This document shows positions 37,455-40,976 of a DNA stretch of 40,976 nt, piece by piece (the first letter of the stretch is position 1; each line of letters begins with the position of its first letter). Under the pieces are notes generated by a model. The model was not told the DNA's origin and searched no databases. It was given only the letters and a program-made list of their open reading frames with translations. Both the position numbers and the translations under genes were made by a program. This DNA is from Candidatus Omnitrophota bacterium (GTDB taxonomy: Bacteria > Omnitrophota > Gorgyraeia > Zapsychrales > Zapsychraceae). Where the stretch lies: positions 1 to 40,976 of the forward strand of contig JANQMA010000030.1 in NCBI GenBank assembly GCA_028280285.1. Direction: 5' to 3'.

Positions 37455-38936
37455 GTGTTTATGCGCACTATTATAGGCCTAGTATTATCCATTATGTTTT
37501 TTGCTAGCGGGTGTGCCGGCACAAAGCAAAAGGGTGAGACGGTTACCAAAAACTGGCTTAAAGCATACAACGCAGTCTATAAAAATGGGGCTGTTCAAAA
37601 GACAATCAAATCGACAGATTCTTTGATTATTGATAGCCATGTGGTCGGTATGGCGAAACGCCCTGTTTCGTCAACCTACCGGCTGTTTGCCTGGACAAAG
37701 GGAACCACTTTTGACATTGTCGATCCAAGAGGCAAAATCCCCACGTTTCTTATTAACAAAGACATTCCGCCTTTATATGAAGGCGCGCCAATGGACCTTG
37801 CGGCCTTTGAGGCGCATCTTGATAATAAAGTTAAGGAACCTTTATCCAACGGGTCGATGCAATTTCTCATTGGGGGCGAGGAGTTTTTTGAGCGTTTTGA
37901 AAAGGCCTTGCGCAAAGCCGAGCGTTCCATTCATCTGCGTATTTTTATTTTTGATAATGATGATTATGCTGTTAAGGTGGCCGATATCTTAAAGAAAAAG
38001 GCCGCCGAAGGGGTGAAGGTGCAGGTATTGCTCGATGGCATCGGTCAGGTTATGGGTGAGGGTAAAACGGCCGAGACATTACCTGAGGATTTTGATTCCC
38101 CAGGCTCCATGGTGGCCTATCTTAAGAAAGATTCCGATATTGAAGTGAGAAAAAGGCCAAACACCTGGTTTAAAGCAGATCATACAAAGACGATTATTAT
38201 TGATGAGGATATTCTCTTTACCGGCGGGATGAATATCGGGAGGGAGTACCGCTACGATTGGCATGATTTGATGATTGAGATTGAAGGGCCTATCGTCGGT
38301 GCCATGCTTAATGAATTTAATATGGCCTGGGAACATTCTGGTGCGCTAGGTGATTTGGCTTATGCCAAAAGTCTTTTTACAAAAGACAAAAAAGAGCCAA
38401 TGGATGAGACAAGTGATTTACCGGTTATCCGTCCGCTTTATACGCGGGCTAATGATTTTCAAATTTTTAAAGCCCAAGTTGAGGCGATTAAGTGGGCGAA
38501 AAAATACATCTATATCAGCAATGCCTATTTCTCCGATGAGACGATTATTAATGAACTCATCCGTGCCCGGCAGAGGGGCGTGGATGTGCGGGTTATTATG
38601 CCGGCCAAGGGTAATCACGCCATCATGAATAAGAACAATTTGGTGGCTGCCAACAAGTTGTTTGATCGCGGTATCCAGGTCTATTTTTATCCCGGGATGT
38701 CGCATATCAAGGCGGCCGTTTATGACGGATGGATGACGACCGGTTCAGCAAACTTTGACAAATTGTCTTTTCGTGATAATTTAGAGTTTAACATTGCAAC
38801 GTCTGACAAAGAGACAGTTGACCGTTTTATTAAAAGGCTGTTTGAGCCGGATTTTGAAAAGTCCTTTCTTATGGAAGAAAAGTTTCAAACAAGTATCAAG
38901 GAACACCTTGCCGAATTTTTAGCCGAACAGTTGTAG
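37455..38936 (+). CDS. Phospholipase D-family lipoprotein (cardiolipin synthase / PLD-like) with two HKD motifs.
   Basis: Lipobox 'FFASGCAG'. HKD-1 'ADHTKTIIIDEDILFTGGMNIG'. HKD-2 'SHIKAAVYDGWMTTGSANFD'. Confidence 0.7.
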   Translation: MFMRTIIGLVLSIMFFASGCAGTKQKGETVTKNWLKAYNAVYKNGAVQKTIKSTDSLIIDSHVVGMAKRPVSSTYRLFAWTKGTTFDIVDPRGKIPTFLINKDIPPLYEGAPMDLAAFEAHLDNKVKEPLSNGSMQFLIGGEEFFERFEKALRKAERSIHLRIFIFDNDDYAVKVADILKKKAAEGVKVQVLLDGIGQVMGEGKTAETLPEDFDSPGSMVAYLKKDSDIEVRKRPNTWFKADHTKTIIIDEDILFTGGMNIGREYRYDWHDLMIEIEGPIVGAMLNEFNMAWEHSGALGDLAYAKSLFTKDKKEPMDETSDLPVIRPLYTRANDFQIFKAQVEAIKWAKKYIYISNAYFSDETIINELIRARQRGVDVRVIMPAKGNHAIMNKNNLVAANKLFDRGIQVYFYPGMSHIKAAVYDGWMTTGSANFDKLSFRDNLEFNIATSDKETVDRFIKRLFEPDFEKSFLMEEKFQTSIKEHLAEFLAEQL

Positions 38937-39077
38937 TGAAAGGCAAAATTTTTTAAACAATAAACTTTAAACATTAAACAACTTGCTCAACAATTACCAA
39001 ACAGTTTAATGTTTATTGTTTACTATTTAATGATGTTTTCGGAGTAACTTTTATCACCTTAACAAAGGAGAGCCATC

Positions 39078-39941
39078 ATGGGCGTATTATCATCCATTCT
39101 TTTTGGGATACTGATGATTTTTATTTTCGGTATCCGTATTGTCCGTCCGACACACCGCGGGCTTGTCGAGCGTTTTGGAAAGTATCATCATTATGCCACA
39201 CCTGGGTTTAATTGGATCATTCCGATTATCGATGTGATGTATAAGGTTAATATTACCGAAACCATGGTTGACGCCGAACCGCAGGAGATCATCACCGATG
39301 ATAATCTAAACGCGCGCGTTGATGCGCAGGTTTACTTTAAAGTGAAAGACACTGAGGTTGATGTCAAAGCCTCAATGTATAATGTCAACAGTTACCGGTA
39401 TCAGATTGTTAACCTTGCGCGGACCACACTGCGTAACATTATCGGGACATTAACGCTTAAAGAAGCAAATGGCGAGCGCGGCAAAATCAATGCTGAGCTG
39501 CATGAGACGCTTTCCAAAGAGACAGCGGCCTGGGGCCTTGAGATTGTCCGTACTGAACTTAAGGAAATCGATCCGCCGCCGGATGTTCAGGAAACCATGA
39601 ATAAGGTCGTTAAGGCCGAAAACGAAAAGATTGCCGCCGTTGATTATGCGACGGCCGCCGAAACGCAAGCTGATGGAGAGAAGCGCTCTGAGATCAAGCG
39701 GGCCGAAGGGGTCAAGCAGGCCAATATTTTGGAGGCTGAAGGCCAGGCCGAGGCCATCCGTTTGGTTAATGAGGCAGCCGATAAGTATTTTATCGGCAAT
39801 GCCCAACAGCTGAAGAAGCTTGAGACGGTCGAAAAATCCCTGGCGCGCAATGCCAAGGTTGTTCTTCCAAATGATACGGAATTGGTCAATATCATTGGCG
39901 AAATGGCGGGTGTTGTGCCGCTTAGGAAGAAATCAGAATAG
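39078..39941 (+). CDS. SPFH/band-7 (stomatin/prohibitin-like) membrane protein.
   Basis: N-terminal TM 'ILFGILMIFIFGIRIV'. 'VRPTHRGLVERFGKYHHYATPGFNWIIPIID' is the classic stomatin start. C-terminal coiled coil 'EGQAEAIRLVNEA'. Confidence 0.75.
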   Translation: MGVLSSILFGILMIFIFGIRIVRPTHRGLVERFGKYHHYATPGFNWIIPIIDVMYKVNITETMVDAEPQEIITDDNLNARVDAQVYFKVKDTEVDVKASMYNVNSYRYQIVNLARTTLRNIIGTLTLKEANGERGKINAELHETLSKETAAWGLEIVRTELKEIDPPPDVQETMNKVVKAENEKIAAVDYATAAETQADGEKRSEIKRAEGVKQANILEAEGQAEAIRLVNEAADKYFIGNAQQLKKLETVEKSLARNAKVVLPNDTELVNIIGEMAGVVPLRKKSE

Positions 39942-39947
39942 CCTGTT

Positions 39948-39995
39948 GAACCTCGTAGGTTTGATGAGAAAATTGCTTATCGAACCTGCGAGGTT
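39948..39995. promoter_or_regulatory. Two direct copies of a self-complementary 14-mer, GAACCT-N3-AGGTT (39948-39961 and 39982-39995), downstream of the SPFH gene and upstream of the last CDS. Candidate dimeric-regulator sites or paired small hairpins.
   Basis: 'gaacctcgtaggtt' ... 20 nt ... 'gaacctgcgaggtt'. Each half-site pair is a perfect dyad (AACCT/AGGTT). Confidence 0.3.
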
Positions 39996-40097
39996 GTGAC
40001 GGCAATATCCGCCCCCAAGAAAGCGCTTTCCCCCAAATAACCCCATCCCCTTACATACTTATATATATGTATTATACTTATTTCGGTTGGTTCAATG

Positions 40098-40135
40098 CCC
40101 CTGCAGCTTCGCTTTGCGAAGCAAAGCGGCAGGGG
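40098..40135 (+). other. GC-rich nested stem-loop in the 5' leader of the last gene. A 7-bp outer stem (cccctgc/gcagggg) encloses two mutually exclusive inner hairpins (gcttcgc/gcgaagc and gctttgc/gcaaagc).
   Basis: 'cccctgcagcttcgctttgcgaagcaaagcggcagggg', 20 nt upstream of ATG 40156. There is no downstream U-tract, so it is not a typical intrinsic terminator. Confidence 0.4.
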
Positions 40136-40155
40136 TTAAGTATCTTGGTGAGGTA

Positions 40156-40976
40156 AATGCACAGAAAAACTTTTCCATTTCGACTACTCTGTCTAAAAAT
40201 AGTATTTATATTTCTATTTAGTACTATACAGCCGCAGGCCTATGCCCAGGCTCAGGTCAATATACTTCCCCCTGTAGGGACCATGCTGAATATCACGCCA
40301 GGTTATGCCCCTGTTGTGGTCAAGGGGCTTAGAGTCGACCCGACCAATCCTTTTCAGTTTGATTTCCTGGTTGATCCAGGAGACAGCAATATGGTGGGCG
40401 AGGAGTTAAAGGATGAATCAACCAAACTCATCAAGTACTTCCTAGCCTCGCTCACCGTTCCGGAAGCTGATATGTGGGTGAACTTATCTCCCTATGAAGA
40501 GGATCGTATCATTTCCGATCAATTCGGCATGACCGAGATGGGCCGGGAGCTTCTGGCCCAGGATTATCTTTTAAAACAGTTGACTGCCTCACTCATGTAT
40601 CCTGAGGGAGAATTAGGCCAGGAATTTTGGGCAAAAATAAAGACACAAACAGACGCTCGTCGCTCGTCGCTCGATGCTCGCGATGGAGATCGAGCATCTA
40701 GCATCGAGCATCTAGCATCGATGTTTAATAAGGTCTGGATTGTGCCCGAAGAAGCGACTGTCTTTGAGGGTGACGGGACCGCGTTTGTGGTGGAATCGCG
40801 CTTGCGGGTGATGCTAGAGAGTGACTACTTGGCAATGCAAAAGGGTGGTCCGTGGTCAGTGGTCCGTGATCTGTCCCAAAATACGACCACAGAGCACAGA
40901 CCACAGAACACAGATGTCATCAAGGAAATCATCCTCCCGGTGCTTGAAGAAGAGGTCAACAGCGGCACCCACTTCG
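40156..40976 (+). CDS. Secreted protein, 3'-partial (the ORF runs off the window end). Contains in-frame GC-rich palindromic repeat segments.
   Basis: Manual translation gives 'MHRKTFPFRLLCLKIVFIFLFSTIQPQAYAQAQVNILPP...' (signal peptide), continuing without a stop to 40976. RBS 'ggtgagg' upstream. This ORF is not in the supplied track because no stop lies within the window. Confidence 0.45.

Noticed and set aside
39942-40155. Whether a tRNA or other small RNA gene sits in the GC-rich stretch before the last CDS.
   Set aside because: No cloverleaf-compatible arrangement is visible (no acceptor/T-arm pairing, no CCA context). The structure is better explained as nested hairpins in a leader.

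Overview
This is an AT-rich bacterial window with dense coding and no rRNA, tRNA or CRISPR array visible. Start codons include TTG and GTG; TAA, TAG and TGA all act as stops.

The main feature is a roughly 22-kb run of same-strand genes (1-22018) with gaps of 0-25 nt in most places. It contains, in order:
1. The 3' part of a giant tandem-repeat protein. It has more than 100 copies of a 13-aa 'AGVNWSDIGEMSA'-type unit (39-nt DNA period, running off the 5' end of the window) and an acidic coiled-coil C-terminus.
2. A membrane-anchored coiled-coil protein, translationally coupled to the repeat protein by a TAATG overlap.
3. A complete but unusually ordered F1Fo-like ATPase gene set: alpha, a short epsilon, two small c-like hairpin proteins (one lacking the ion-binding carboxylate), a b-delta fusion, gamma, and beta. 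No subunit a is present anywhere in the window.
4. Directly after it (2-nt gap), a type II secretion / type IV pilus-like operon:
   - a GspE-type ATPase carrying a C-terminal PilZ-like domain;
   - a GspF platform protein;
   - a secreted HExxH metallopeptidase;
   - the GspG major pseudopilin and three minor pseudopilins, the last GspK-like;
   - GspL-like and GspM-like proteins and a tetratricopeptide-repeat protein.
   No secretin and no prepilin peptidase are in view.

The rest of the window encodes:
- a minus-strand serine protease followed by a GT-C (STT3/AglB-like) glycosyltransferase;
- a pseudo-receiver domain and a GH94-like glycoside phosphorylase;
- a stand-alone type IV pilin next to a PAS-GGDEF-EAL protein;
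- housekeeping-type enzymes (GT2, nucleosidase, aldo-keto reductase, a 2H phosphoesterase, an ornithine cyclodeaminase-like enzyme, an alpha/beta-hydrolase, a phospholipase D-type lipoprotein, an SPFH protein);
- a 3'-partial secreted protein whose coding sequence carries GC-rich palindromic repeat insertions.

The most interesting hypothesis is that the repeat protein, the F1-like ATPase without subunit a, and the secretin-less pseudopilus genes form one undescribed envelope machine.
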